Assembly (NCBI GenBank): GCA_002780795.1
Contig: PEUF01000041.1
Location: 3,826-67,825, forward strand
Source: Candidatus Roizmanbacteria bacterium CG02_land_8_20_14_3_00_36_15
GTDB taxonomy: Bacteria > Patescibacteriota > Microgenomatia > UBA1406 > GWC2-37-13
Direction of reading: 5' to 3'
Length of the DNA: 64,000 bases
The position numbers were made by a program, and so were the translations under genes. The stretch's first letter is position 1. Each line of letters starts with the position of its first letter. Of this stretch, positions 27,120 through 36,036 are shown in pieces. The notes below the pieces were generated by a model. The model was not told the DNA's origin. It ran no database searches and worked only from the letters and a program-made list of their open reading frames with translations.

Positions 27120-28292
27120 ATGATCATTAAAGAAATAGAAGATTATAAAACCTGGACTAAGTTTTTTAATCAAAACGGTTCGCCGTCGTTTTTGCAATCC
27201 TGGGGGTGGGGAGAGATACAAAAAAAACTGGGTTATAATATCTTGCGTCTAGGCCTTTATGATAAAGATAAACTTACTGCCATCACTTTGGTTGTTAAGA
27301 TTAGAGCTAAAAGAGGCAATTTTTTATTTATTCCAAATGGGCCAATAACACAATCTCAAATCTCAAATCTCAAAACTCAAAACTACATCTCAAATCTAAA
27401 ATCTTATTTCATCAAGCTGGCAAGGAAAGAAGATTTTTCTTTCATAAGGATTGCGCCTATTCTTGAAAACACTCCTGAAAATCAAAAAATATTTAAACAT
27501 TTAAACTTTAAAACCGCTCCAATCTATATGCATGCGGAAACGGTGTGGCAACTACCGTTAACCGCCGCGGTTGAGGAGCGGAGCGGGAAAACCGCGGCGG
27601 TTTATTGCTTGACCGATAATCAGTTGCTTTCAAACATGCGCAAAACAACTCGTTACTTAATCCGCAAAGCGATCCGCGACGGTGTTATTATCGAAAAACG
27701 AACCGATGAAAAAGCGGTTGAGGATTTTTACCAAATTTATCAAGAAACTGCAAAAAGAGAATATTTTGTCCCGTTCTCAAAAAAATATATTAAAGAGGAG
27801 TTTAAGGCGTTTAACAAAACCGGAAACGCAATATTTTTGTTTGGAAAAATAAATAAACAGGCGACGGGTGTTGAGAAGAAAGGGTTCCTGACAGCGCGTA
27901 GCGATTTTTCCAGCCCGCCGCTGGTCGCGAGCACTGACGGGAATGAATTCGAAACAGGCCCCGTCGCCTCAGCACTTATTCTTTTTACTAAATCTACTGC
28001 ATTTTACCATCAAGGCGCTTCAATTCATACCAAGGTTCCGGCTACTTATCTTCTCCAGTGGGAAGCCATAAAAGAAGCCAAAAAACGTGGTTGCTCATTA
28101 TATAATTTTTGGGGAATATATGATGAGAACTCGGGCAGGATGCCCAAAGCCTGGCAAGGGTTAACTCTTTTTAAAACCGGTTTTGGCGGTAAAAAGATTT
28201 GTTATTTGCCCACCCAAGATTATATAATCTCTTCAAGATATTTTTTAACAGTTATCTGGGAAAAACTATTAGCTTGGAAAAGAGTAATATAA
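27120..28292 (+). CDS. FemAB family peptidoglycan interpeptide-bridge peptidyltransferase
   Basis: FLQSWGWGEIQKKLGY N-terminal signature and FYHQGAS in the C-terminal half. Carries three apparent in-frame inserts. Confidence 0.7.
   Translation: MIIKEIEDYKTWTKFFNQNGSPSFLQSWGWGEIQKKLGYNILRLGLYDKDKLTAITLVVKIRAKRGNFLFIPNGPITQSQISNLKTQNYISNLKSYFIKLARKEDFSFIRIAPILENTPENQKIFKHLNFKTAPIYMHAETVWQLPLTAAVEERSGKTAAVYCLTDNQLLSNMRKTTRYLIRKAIRDGVIIEKRTDEKAVEDFYQIYQETAKREYFVPFSKKYIKEEFKAFNKTGNAIFLFGKINKQATGVEKKGFLTARSDFSSPPLVASTDGNEFETGPVASALILFTKSTAFYHQGASIHTKVPATYLLQWEAIKEAKKRGCSLYNFWGIYDENSGRMPKAWQGLTLFKTGFGGKKICYLPTQDYIISSRYFLTVIWEKLLAWKRVI
27352..27403. repeat. Heptamer array AATCTCA x7 inside the FemAB ORF
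   Basis: aatctca|aatctca|aatctca|aaactca|aaactac|atctcaa|atctaaa. Confidence 0.85.
27560..27602. repeat. Perfect 13-bp GC-rich inverted repeat with a 17-nt loop, in frame in the FemAB ORF
   Basis: AACCGCCGCGGTT-gaggagcggagcgggaa-AACCGCGGCGGTT. Encodes LTAAVEERSGKTAAV. Confidence 0.8.
27859..27969. repeat. GC-rich ~110-bp segment bounded by a 10-bp inverted repeat, in frame in the FemAB ORF
   Basis: AGGCGACGGG (27859-27868) and CCCGTCGCCT (27960-27969). AAACAGGC precedes both arms. Confidence 0.7.
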
Positions 28293-28985
28293 ATGAATAA
28301 CAGCTGTACTGCTCTCATTCCTTTTCATAATGAAAAAAAACGTATCCTTAATGTCCTTAATGTCCTCTTCAAGATTGAAACCCTTTCTCAAATCATCTGT
28401 GTTGACGATGGTTCATCTGACAAAACCTATTCTCTTATTAAAAAACAGTGTCCACTAATTACAGTCGTCCGATTAAAAAAGAACATGGGAAAAAGCGCTG
28501 CTGTGGCCGCCGGACTAAGAAAAGTAAGAACCAAATACGTTTTTTTATGCGATGCCGATCTCCATCATCTTAAAAAATCAGAGGTGGAAAGAGCCATTAG
28601 ATCCGCCCTAAAAAGCAGGGTAATCGACTTGCTGATTTTGCGACGTACTCACTCTATCTTCCAAACCAAACTGTCTCGTGGAGATATTCTTTTTTCTGGA
28701 GAAAGAATTATGAAAACTAAAGATTTAATCAATGTTTTTAAAAGCCACCCTAGAAAATACCAACTGGAAATTGCTATTAATAAATACATGATTGATAATA
28801 AGAAGAGTGTTAGATGGCTACCTTCATCGGCTTTAAGCACTTTTAAAATTTATAAGGTCGGCCTATTTTTAGGAACGATGAACGAATGGAAGATGATAAC
28901 CAGTATGTTTACCTATGCCGGTTGGCATGAATATTGGCGGCAGTTTCTACTTTTTTGCCACGAAAAACATTCTAGAATAGCTTGA
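28293..28985 (+). CDS. Family 2 glycosyltransferase
   Basis: ALIPFHNEKKRI, CVDDGSSDKT and CDADL motifs. Confidence 0.7.
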   Translation: MNNSCTALIPFHNEKKRILNVLNVLFKIETLSQIICVDDGSSDKTYSLIKKQCPLITVVRLKKNMGKSAAVAAGLRKVRTKYVFLCDADLHHLKKSEVERAIRSALKSRVIDLLILRRTHSIFQTKLSRGDILFSGERIMKTKDLINVFKSHPRKYQLEIAINKYMIDNKKSVRWLPSSALSTFKIYKVGLFLGTMNEWKMITSMFTYAGWHEYWRQFLLFCHEKHSRIA

Positions 28986-29756
28986 CCAAACCCTTCCTCA
29001 AAATTTTATCAAAACTCTTCCTTAACCAAACAATGGCTAAAACCAGATAAACGATATTTAACAAAAAACTGATCAAAATCTTGTGCCAATCGAGATAACC
29101 CTGCGCCAGAACGAGACGAGCCCCTTCAAAAATATAACTGGTGGGAATAAAACTGGCTATCTTCTGAGCCCAAAGTGGTAAGACCGATAAGGGATAGTAA
29201 ATGGCGGAAAAGGGAGAAATGACTGCCACCGCCGCCCAGGCCAATGTCTGAATCCGCGTCCCCCCTCTTAAAATAAGACCGGCGACTAAGAAACCGACCC
29301 ACCAACCAGTCATAATCAGACATAAAATAAAAGGAATTAAAGAAAATCCGTATACAAAAAAATTATATTTATAAAGAAAAAAAGCCAATACTAAAGCAAA
29401 AGAAAGACTTAAGAAGGCTTTTATCAATCCGATTATAATCACCGACACCATCCATTCGTCTAGATTTAAAGGCGAACAAATAAATTAATCAAATTCTTAT
29501 TCCAGAGTTCTTCTAACAGGTTAACCGTAATTTCATACTGACCTCGCCAAACGATTATCCAAAACAAAATACCGGAAATAATCATGATCATGATTGTTGA
29601 GTTACCACCGCTCATCTTTTTAAAATAACTACCGGTCAACCCCCAGAGTAAAAGATCCATCACCGGCCAGTAGAAAGCGTCGGACATCCTATCTAAGCTT
29701 TGTCTAAAATAGTAAAAATATCTTAGAACCATGGCATAAATTCTTGATGTTTTCAT
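28972..29756 (-). pseudogene. ABC-2 type transporter permease, split by a single-nucleotide frameshift
   Basis: The N-terminal 96 aa end ...NLINLFVRL*. The second frame reads upstream of its ATG as GSPLNLDEW-MVSVIII, so LFV|SPLNLDEW is restored by re-reading one T near 29475. Confidence 0.65.
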
Positions 29757-30661
29757 TTTTTTTTAGCTACTTGTAAAAAGTAATCTTCCAGGTCGGGTTT
29801 CTCAATTGATATCTGATCATAATAGACCCCTTTGCTCATCAGATTACGCAAAAATTCAGGAATTTCTTTTTCTTTGACATCAATAATGATATTTCTACCG
29901 CTTAATTCATAATGCGTTTGGCTGTTCTCGCAGATTTCAATTGTTCTTTTCAAGCCATCGGCAACATTGAGTTCGATGTGACAGATCTCTATTGATTTAG
30001 CCAAATTTTGCGGCCTATCGTCGGCAATAATCTTCCCCTGGTTTATAAATATTACCCGATCGCACAGTTCTTCAATTTCGCTCATATTGTGAGAAGTAAA
30101 AATTATTGAAACTTGGAAGTTTTCTCTTTGTTCTTTAAGAAAAGATCTGATATAACTGGCAATTTCTGGATCAAGCGAAGCTGTCGGCTCATCTAATAAT
30201 AAAACTTTGGGGAAGTTTATAAAAGCCTTAGCTAAATTTACCCTGGTCACTTGACCGGACGATAATTGTTCAACTTGTTGATTCAATAGTTTATTTAGTC
30301 TAAAAATATTGGCTATTCTATTGATCCTTTCCTTCCTGTTTTTAATATTATAAAGACAGCTCATAAAGTTCAAATTTTCCTTAACGGTTAAATTCCAGGG
30401 TAGATTGGTGTAGGTAGAGGAAAAATTGACTTGCTCCAAAATCTCCTCGCGATGATTTTGAAAATTCTTACTAAAGTAATTCACTTCACCAGATGTTGGT
30501 ATTAAAACGCCTAAGAGCATCTGAATGGTGGTGGTTTTTCCGGCGCCGTTTGGACCCAAAAAACCCAGTATTTCACCCTCCCGCAGATTAAACGAGATAT
30601 TATCAACCGCCGTAAACTGTTGGAATTTTTTGGTCAGATTTTTTACCCCTAAAATATCCAT
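29753..30661 (-). CDS. ABC transporter ATP-binding protein
   Basis: Walker A GPNGAGKTT, signature LSSGQ, Walker B LLLDEPT. 4-nt overlap with the permease gene. Confidence 0.9.
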   Translation of the reverse strand: MDILGVKNLTKKFQQFTAVDNISFNLREGEILGFLGPNGAGKTTTIQMLLGVLIPTSGEVNYFSKNFQNHREEILEQVNFSSTYTNLPWNLTVKENLNFMSCLYNIKNRKERINRIANIFRLNKLLNQQVEQLSSGQVTRVNLAKAFINFPKVLLLDEPTASLDPEIASYIRSFLKEQRENFQVSIIFTSHNMSEIEELCDRVIFINQGKIIADDRPQNLAKSIEICHIELNVADGLKRTIEICENSQTHYELSGRNIIIDVKEKEIPEFLRNLMSKGVYYDQISIEKPDLEDYFLQVAKKK

Positions 30662-30758
30662 AAGGTTATTATACTGCTAAACAGCCTTTTTGTTATAATA
30701 AATAAATTCTATATGACTAGAAGAGGAAGAAAAGATGATCAATAATTTAGAAGCCGCT

Positions 30759-31802
30759 TTATAATCTGGTCAGTTCGTCTCTAATTCTGCCTATTATTTC
30801 CTTTCTATATTTCGGATTTCTATATACTTTTATCGGGTCAACCACCAAATTCAGAAAATTGACGTCTTTCTTTTCTGACACAAAATCAGACATAATTGCT
30901 AAAACAATCATTGTTTGTTCTCTAAGATATTTAATATTATGAGTAAACCTTTTTTCCTGGCTTCTGCTTTTCACTTTTTTTAATCGTCGATTAACGCCAG
31001 TGATTAGTTTTTCCGCGTATTCGTCGACTCCTTCAAGACTATTCTTTTCTGGAGTAAAGATTACCAGAAGATCTAGTTGGGGAAAAACAGGTGTCAATAG
31101 TTTAAACAACCTTTCATATATGGCATATTCATCTTTGTCAAAATACCCAAAATTTCTATACCAGCGAGCCCACATCAAGGCGTCGGTATAGATACTTGTG
31201 TCACAAATCAATAAAGTCGGATTATTTCTTGCCGTATTATTGTTTTTCTCAAGCTGAGATAATAAATTGGTTAACAAAAAGAAAACTTGAGAACGAAGCA
31301 TAAATTTCTTGTCTTTTTGAGATCTCCGCCAAAAAGGATTACCTAAATAAGGCTCCTTTTTGAAAAGGACATTCTCTCCATCTTTTTTTAATTTCCGGAC
31401 TAAAGCCCTTGAGACAATGCTTTTACCAGCGCCAAGAGTGGCTAAAAAACCTATTCGTTTGATTGGAGTTTCTTGTTTTTTGGTTTGAAGTTCGTTTTTC
31501 AAGGAAGAAAGTTTAAAGATCTTTTGAAAAATCTTCATCTCTGCTTGTCTATCTGCTCTTTCTTTTTTATTACCGGTTTTTATCGAAGACTCTTGACATA
31601 AATCTTGCCAAAAATCCTCCAAAAAACGAGAAATAAACTGTTGTTTCTGTGGGCCGGCAGGAATATTTTGATAGGTTCTTTCACAGGCTGACAGTAGGTC
31701 AATCGTTCTAACCAATCTTTCTCTGAATAAAACATTGGGTGGCTTTAATCGTTCTTTAATCTTTATCCATCTATCCTGTAGATGCTGTCGAATTTCTTTC
31801 AT
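30759..31802 (-). CDS. Deoxynucleoside kinase-like P-loop protein with a ~110-aa N-terminal extension
   Basis: Walker A LGAGKS. KEPYLGNPFW...RSQVFFLL resembles the dNK motif EPV..NPYL...Q..FL. Confidence 0.5.
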   Translation of the reverse strand: MKEIRQHLQDRWIKIKERLKPPNVLFRERLVRTIDLLSACERTYQNIPAGPQKQQFISRFLEDFWQDLCQESSIKTGNKKERADRQAEMKIFQKIFKLSSLKNELQTKKQETPIKRIGFLATLGAGKSIVSRALVRKLKKDGENVLFKKEPYLGNPFWRRSQKDKKFMLRSQVFFLLTNLLSQLEKNNNTARNNPTLLICDTSIYTDALMWARWYRNFGYFDKDEYAIYERLFKLLTPVFPQLDLLVIFTPEKNSLEGVDEYAEKLITGVNRRLKKVKSRSQEKRFTHNIKYLREQTMIVLAIMSDFVSEKKDVNFLNLVVDPIKVYRNPKYRKEIIGRIRDELTRL

Positions 31803-31933
31803 AAAAAAATCAGGAAAGCAAAGACAATTAAACTAATCAATCATTAACACTCTTATATGAGAAATTTCTAATTGTTTTGCTAAATCAATCCAAATTTTAG
31901 ACTGTGGATTAAATATCATAAAATTTCTATCGA

Positions 31934-33211
31934 TTATTGAGGAATTAAGGTGTATTCGCCATTTGATGAAAACTGTTGAAATAAATCAGCAGACGCCATT
32001 ACTCTCAAGAGACCGCTGGTTTCTGTTAAAATGTCAAAGCCATAATTTCTAATAAGGTTTTCTCGAATTTGTTTTAAAATCTTAAATTGAGAACTGTTGC
32101 TGGTCACCCTATCAAGTTTCTGTCTATTAACCAAACTGCCTATTTCTTTTGTTATAAATTCTTGTAAGGGAATCAGTCTGCTTTTTAGGTCTTGCGGATT
32201 AATGTCCGGAATAAGATTCATCCCTCTAAGAACATAAAAAGCCCCTAGTAAGTTAAATGCCTGACTAATTCTAACATTCTCATTAAATCGTCTTCCAAAA
32301 TGATTACAATCTTTATTCCAAATAAGATTTTCTACATCCTCTTTTCTCAAAATTTCACCAACGTTAGCCGTACCTATTTGTTCTTTAATAAACTCTCTAG
32401 CTTCTAAAAACATCATCCAAGCATATTCTTTTTCCTCTTTCGTATAGGCATCTAACAAACATTTTTTTGCCGCTAAGATAACATTGGCTAAAGCCGAATG
32501 CTGCCACATCGGCATACCAATCCCTTTTATATTGTCTCCATCGTCAGTCGCGACTGGTACCCCGCGTCCCACAGAAAAATTAAAAGTCCTTTGAAAATCG
32601 CCTAATCTAGCATCGGCTTCTTGAACAATCTGTAAAATTGTATAAAACTTTTCTGAAGAAATCTGTTCTCATATTTCTTCAGTAATTTCCGACCAATTGG
32701 CTAAAATCCCAGGTGTCCGGCTAGGAATACCAAAAACATCAGGGAAGCCAAATCTATCTATCTCTGTCTTTCCCATAATGGCTGGAAAAGAATGGTTGGT
32801 GGCGTCATGATTTAAAACCACTAATTTTATTATCGCTCTTTCTACCGCATAAAACTGAGGAAACATTTTATCCACTTCACTTAAAGCGCTGTATGGATGT
32901 TCCCACTGAACAGTTGACCAAAAAGGCTCTTGCTTTAAATAACCAAGGTCATGAACTAAAGATGAAGCTTCAGTTAAATCACGATCTCTATCATTAATAA
33001 GATCTTTATATTCGGGTAGATAACTGATTTGTAAGGCTAAATCAGCGGTTTGAATAGCGTGTTCTCTTCCGTGAGCGTCATTAAGAGGAAATTTGTCTAA
33101 AATCGCCGTTCTTTCGATTGACATATTATAACGTTGGCTCACAGAATAGCGAAAAAGTCTTTTACTGTCAAGAATAATTAAATAAATATCTAATAACTCA
33201 AAGTCACTCAC
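31934..33211 (-). pseudogene. HD-domain protein, one reading frame interrupted by a single in-frame TGA
   Basis: ORF 32669-33211 (H...HD: HGREHAIQ, VHDLGY) stops at TGA 32669-32671. The next 32 codons are open (EQISSEKFYTILQIVQEADARLGDFQRTFNFS) and run in frame into ORF 31934-32572. Confidence 0.55.
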
Positions 33212-33693
33212 CCATCAATTAAAAAAATAGGGAAGTGAGGTATTATATATTATTCCAACAACCTAGACACCATAAAATAAAGTCGGGGAGACCTCTAAAA
33301 AACCCAGAAAACTACTAAGAAAGTCTGAGGGAAGAATAGAGGAATAATTAACAATTAATTAGTTTATTAATTTTTATTTTTCAGTAATTTTCAAAATTTA
33401 GATTGATATAACAAAGTAACCCTTCTCTTCCGTCGCCCACGGTTAACATCGTAAAAGGTACAATTTACGACGTTATATGCTTTCCTTCTCTCTACGTTAT
33501 CTATCTCGAATTAACCAGTTCCCAAATTTTCTCAATGGTTACATATATCATAGAGGATAAAATTCTTCGTCTTTATCAATACATTTGTTGTCTACAATCA
33601 TCATTCACTCCTTTTTCTCCAATAATTTCTGCTTATTTTCTCTCGATCTAACTCTTCTCCCTTTAGATTTTTTTGTTTTATTTACTTTTATTT

Positions 33694-34110
33694 TTTAGAT
33701 TATTTTATTGCGCCAAACATAAAAAAATGAGGCTAAAAATAATGCTATTTAAAAGACTAATTAAGTTTAGAGTGTAATAACAATCTGTATTATAATTTAT
33801 GAGGCTAAATTAATCCATAGGCTTGCCGAAAGGGAAAGGTATTTAGATTGTTACGTCCCTCTATAGTTTAATTTCCAAGGCTAATGCGAATATAAATATG
33901 TGTTTAACACAATAATAGTTTAGGCTGTAAAGACATTCTGAAAATCTAATTTCAAGGCTAAAATAATAGCAGAACCACCCATTATATATTTACGATTTAG
34001 ATTGCTATTATAATCTAAGTTTAAAATTTAGCTTGGTTTTTTATTAGTTATCCACAGAGATAGATGTCTAATCTTAGAGTGTAGTAATAACCCATCTCAA
34101 TGATTCAGCC
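33694..34110 (+). repeat. Degenerate tandem array, 5-6 units of 72-77 nt, with two conserved boxes per unit
   Basis: Box A (TTTAGAKTGT-like) at 33694, 33766, 33842, 33919, 33996 and 34073. Box B (AATTTnnAAGGCTAA / ATGAGGCTAA) core AGGCT at 33730, 33802, 33878 and 33955. Sequence between boxes diverges. Confidence 0.6.
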
Positions 34111-34147
34111 TCATTTTCCATAGAGGTTTGACTCTTTGTATATTTTA

Positions 34148-34176
34148 TCATGAACCGAATTTATTCTGGTTCATGA
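34148..34176 (+). other. Perfect 9-bp-stem hairpin followed by a T-rich tract (terminator-like on the plus strand)
   Basis: TCATGAACC-gaatttattct-GGTTCATGA then cctatagtttttta. No plus-strand ORF lies upstream. Confidence 0.3.
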
Positions 34177-34388
34177 CCTATAGTTTTTTATAAATACTAT
34201 AAGATAATTACTCACGTCCGTGGATCTATCTCTAAGATCTAATCTTTAGAAACATCATTCCCCTCTCCTCTACTTTTATATCCACCCAGATTTTTTGGAG
34301 TCTGTGTTTTCAATAACTAATATCAAATCCATCTAAATACTTTATGAGGTTTCAAGATACTTGTTTTGAGCAATTACCAGGTGATTTT

Positions 34389-35201
34389 TTATTTCATCGA
34401 CAAAATCATTATCAAAAAAACAAATCCCCAAACGAACAGATACTCACGGATTGTTTCACGGAATAACCGCTGATCCAAATAACTGCAAACCAAGCCGGAA
34501 AAACTATAATAGGAGGCTGCCATAAACAAAGCCAGAATTGTTCCCGGCAAGGCAGTAAAAGAAAAGATTACCACTAACTCGGTCACCAACAAAGATGTTA
34601 AAACTGAATAACTAATGATTTCTCTCTCAAGAAAAGATGGCATTTTTACGCTCCAATATAACTGCAAACTTAAAAGAAAAACAACTACTCCTGAAACTAA
34701 ACCATCAGTTATAAAACCAAAATGGAAAGAGAATATGCTATTAAAGATTAAAAAAACAACTAAGGTTTGAAAGAAAAAATTAACAGAAAAAGCGGCTCTA
34801 TAAAGTTGAAGACTCTTCTCTACTTTTACATTAAAAATGTTGGCTATAAGAAAATTGGCATAAATTGAAATGGCATAAATAATTATAAAAGGCAACCTGG
34901 TAAGCCATCTGCCTGGGAAAAGAAAGTAGAATAGATAAAAAGCAAGACTTAGCACAATCGGCATCAAAAAAAGAGTAAACCACTCTACCCTTTCAATTCC
35001 CTCGATAATAGCAAAATAAGTTAAAAAGTATCCAGCAACAAGAAACGAAATAATAAAGATTGGGGCTTTATCAAAGAAAAAAAATGTCGCCACAAACATC
35101 AAAAAAGTCAAAACTAAACTACTGACGATAAAGCGAACTCGTTTTTCTATCTTTAGGGCTTTTTTATTAAATAAATTAAGAAAAGATTTTAACTTTCGCA
35201 T
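34389..35201 (-). CDS. Polytopic membrane protein, hypothetical
   Basis: 270 aa with about 8 hydrophobic helices. Overlaps the yebC end by 13 nt. Confidence 0.45.
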   Translation of the reverse strand: MRKLKSFLNLFNKKALKIEKRVRFIVSSLVLTFLMFVATFFFFDKAPIFIISFLVAGYFLTYFAIIEGIERVEWFTLFLMPIVLSLAFYLFYFLFPGRWLTRLPFIIIYAISIYANFLIANIFNVKVEKSLQLYRAAFSVNFFFQTLVVFLIFNSIFSFHFGFITDGLVSGVVVFLLSLQLYWSVKMPSFLEREIISYSVLTSLLVTELVVIFSFTALPGTILALFMAASYYSFSGLVCSYLDQRLFRETIREYLFVWGFVFLIMILSMK

Positions 35202-35920
35202 ACAAAATTGAGATTAGAAAAAACTTTATGAACTTCATCTAGGTCTTCCATTGCGTCGATCAAATTTACAATCCTTTGCCTCATAGCTTTATCACTGATA
35301 GTAATTATTGAATTGGGTTTATAATCAAGCTCGGGCGGATTTGCTTTAAGGCCGGCCAAAAAATCATCTACTTTTCCCAGATTTTCAAAGGAGAAATAAA
35401 CAGAAAAAGTTTCTTCATCTTCATCAATATCAAAGGCATCTATTTTTTCGGCAAACTCTAACACTTGTTCTTGTTTAGCCTTGTTTTTTTCAAAAACAAC
35501 TAAACCACAACGCTGAAAAAGATAGTTTACTGAGCCTGAACTACCCAGTTTACCTTGATGTTTTTCCAAAATATTTCTAATCTCAGATAAGGTACGATTG
35601 GCATTATCGGTAGTTGCTTGGATAATCAGCGCCACACCACCAGGAGCAAAACCTTCATAAAATACCTCTTTTAACTGTGCCCTATCAGGACCACTGGCTC
35701 GTTCAATTGCTCGGTTGATATTGTCTTTAGGCATATTGAACTGTTTGGCTTTATCAACAGCTAAACGAAGTTTTATATTATTAGCCTGATCACCAATTCC
35801 TCCGCCTTCGATTACCGCCAAAGTAATCAATCTTGAGAACTTGGAAAATATATTACCTCGAGCTTTATCTTTGCTCTCTTTCCCCCTTTTTATCTTTGAC
35901 CATTTATTATGCCCGGACAC
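35189..35920 (-). CDS. yebC: YebC/PmpR family DNA-binding transcriptional regulator
   Basis: MSGHNKWSKIKRGK...NMPKDNINRAI, the full-length YebC signature. Confidence 0.9.
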   Translation of the reverse strand: MSGHNKWSKIKRGKESKDKARGNIFSKFSRLITLAVIEGGGIGDQANNIKLRLAVDKAKQFNMPKDNINRAIERASGPDRAQLKEVFYEGFAPGGVALIIQATTDNANRTLSEIRNILEKHQGKLGSSGSVNYLFQRCGLVVFEKNKAKQEQVLEFAEKIDAFDIDEDEETFSVYFSFENLGKVDDFLAGLKANPPELDYKPNSIITISDKAMRQRIVNLIDAMEDLDEVHKVFSNLNFVCES

Positions 35921-35926
35921 AATGAA

Positions 35927-35957
35927 AATATTAAATATTAAATATCAAATATTAAAT
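35927..35957. repeat. Intergenic heptamer array AATATTA x4-5 (upstream of yebC)
   Basis: aatatta|aatatta|aatatca|aatatta|aatt. Confidence 0.8.
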
Positions 35958-36036
35958 TCTCTTTGATAGTGTTATTATACTTGACATTGACGAAAATTAA
36001 AATATACTTGAATGAAGTTTAATTTTATTAGTCATT

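Noticed and set aside
31934-33211. Alternative genetic code (UGA read as Gly or Trp, as in Gracilibacteria/SR1 or Mycoplasma)
   Set aside because: Several well-delimited genes terminate at TGA (41570-41572, 44514-44516, 22161-22163). ORFs are long under the standard code. In-frame TAG and TAA lesions also occur in other genes, so isolated lesions are more likely than recoding.
33540-33620. 18-codon minus-strand mini-ORF (MMIVDNKCIDKDEEFYPL) preceded by AAGGAG, as a possible RiPP precursor or leader peptide near the ABC transporter
   Set aside because: No modifying enzyme genes are nearby, and a single short ORF in AT-rich DNA is expected by chance. The evidence is insufficient.
34048-34056. 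Replication origin inferred from a consensus DnaA box (TTATCCACA) in the long AT-rich gap
   Set aside because: Only one perfect box was seen. There is no dnaA or dnaN nearby and no clear strand-bias switch in gene orientation around it. Mentioned in the finding but not called as oriC.
33694-34110. Possible CRISPR array (about 44-nt repeat plus about 32-nt spacer geometry)
   Set aside because: The repeats are only about 60-65% identical by eye and their interiors differ in every unit. No cas genes occur in the 64-kb window. Kept only as an unexplained periodic array, not called CRISPR.
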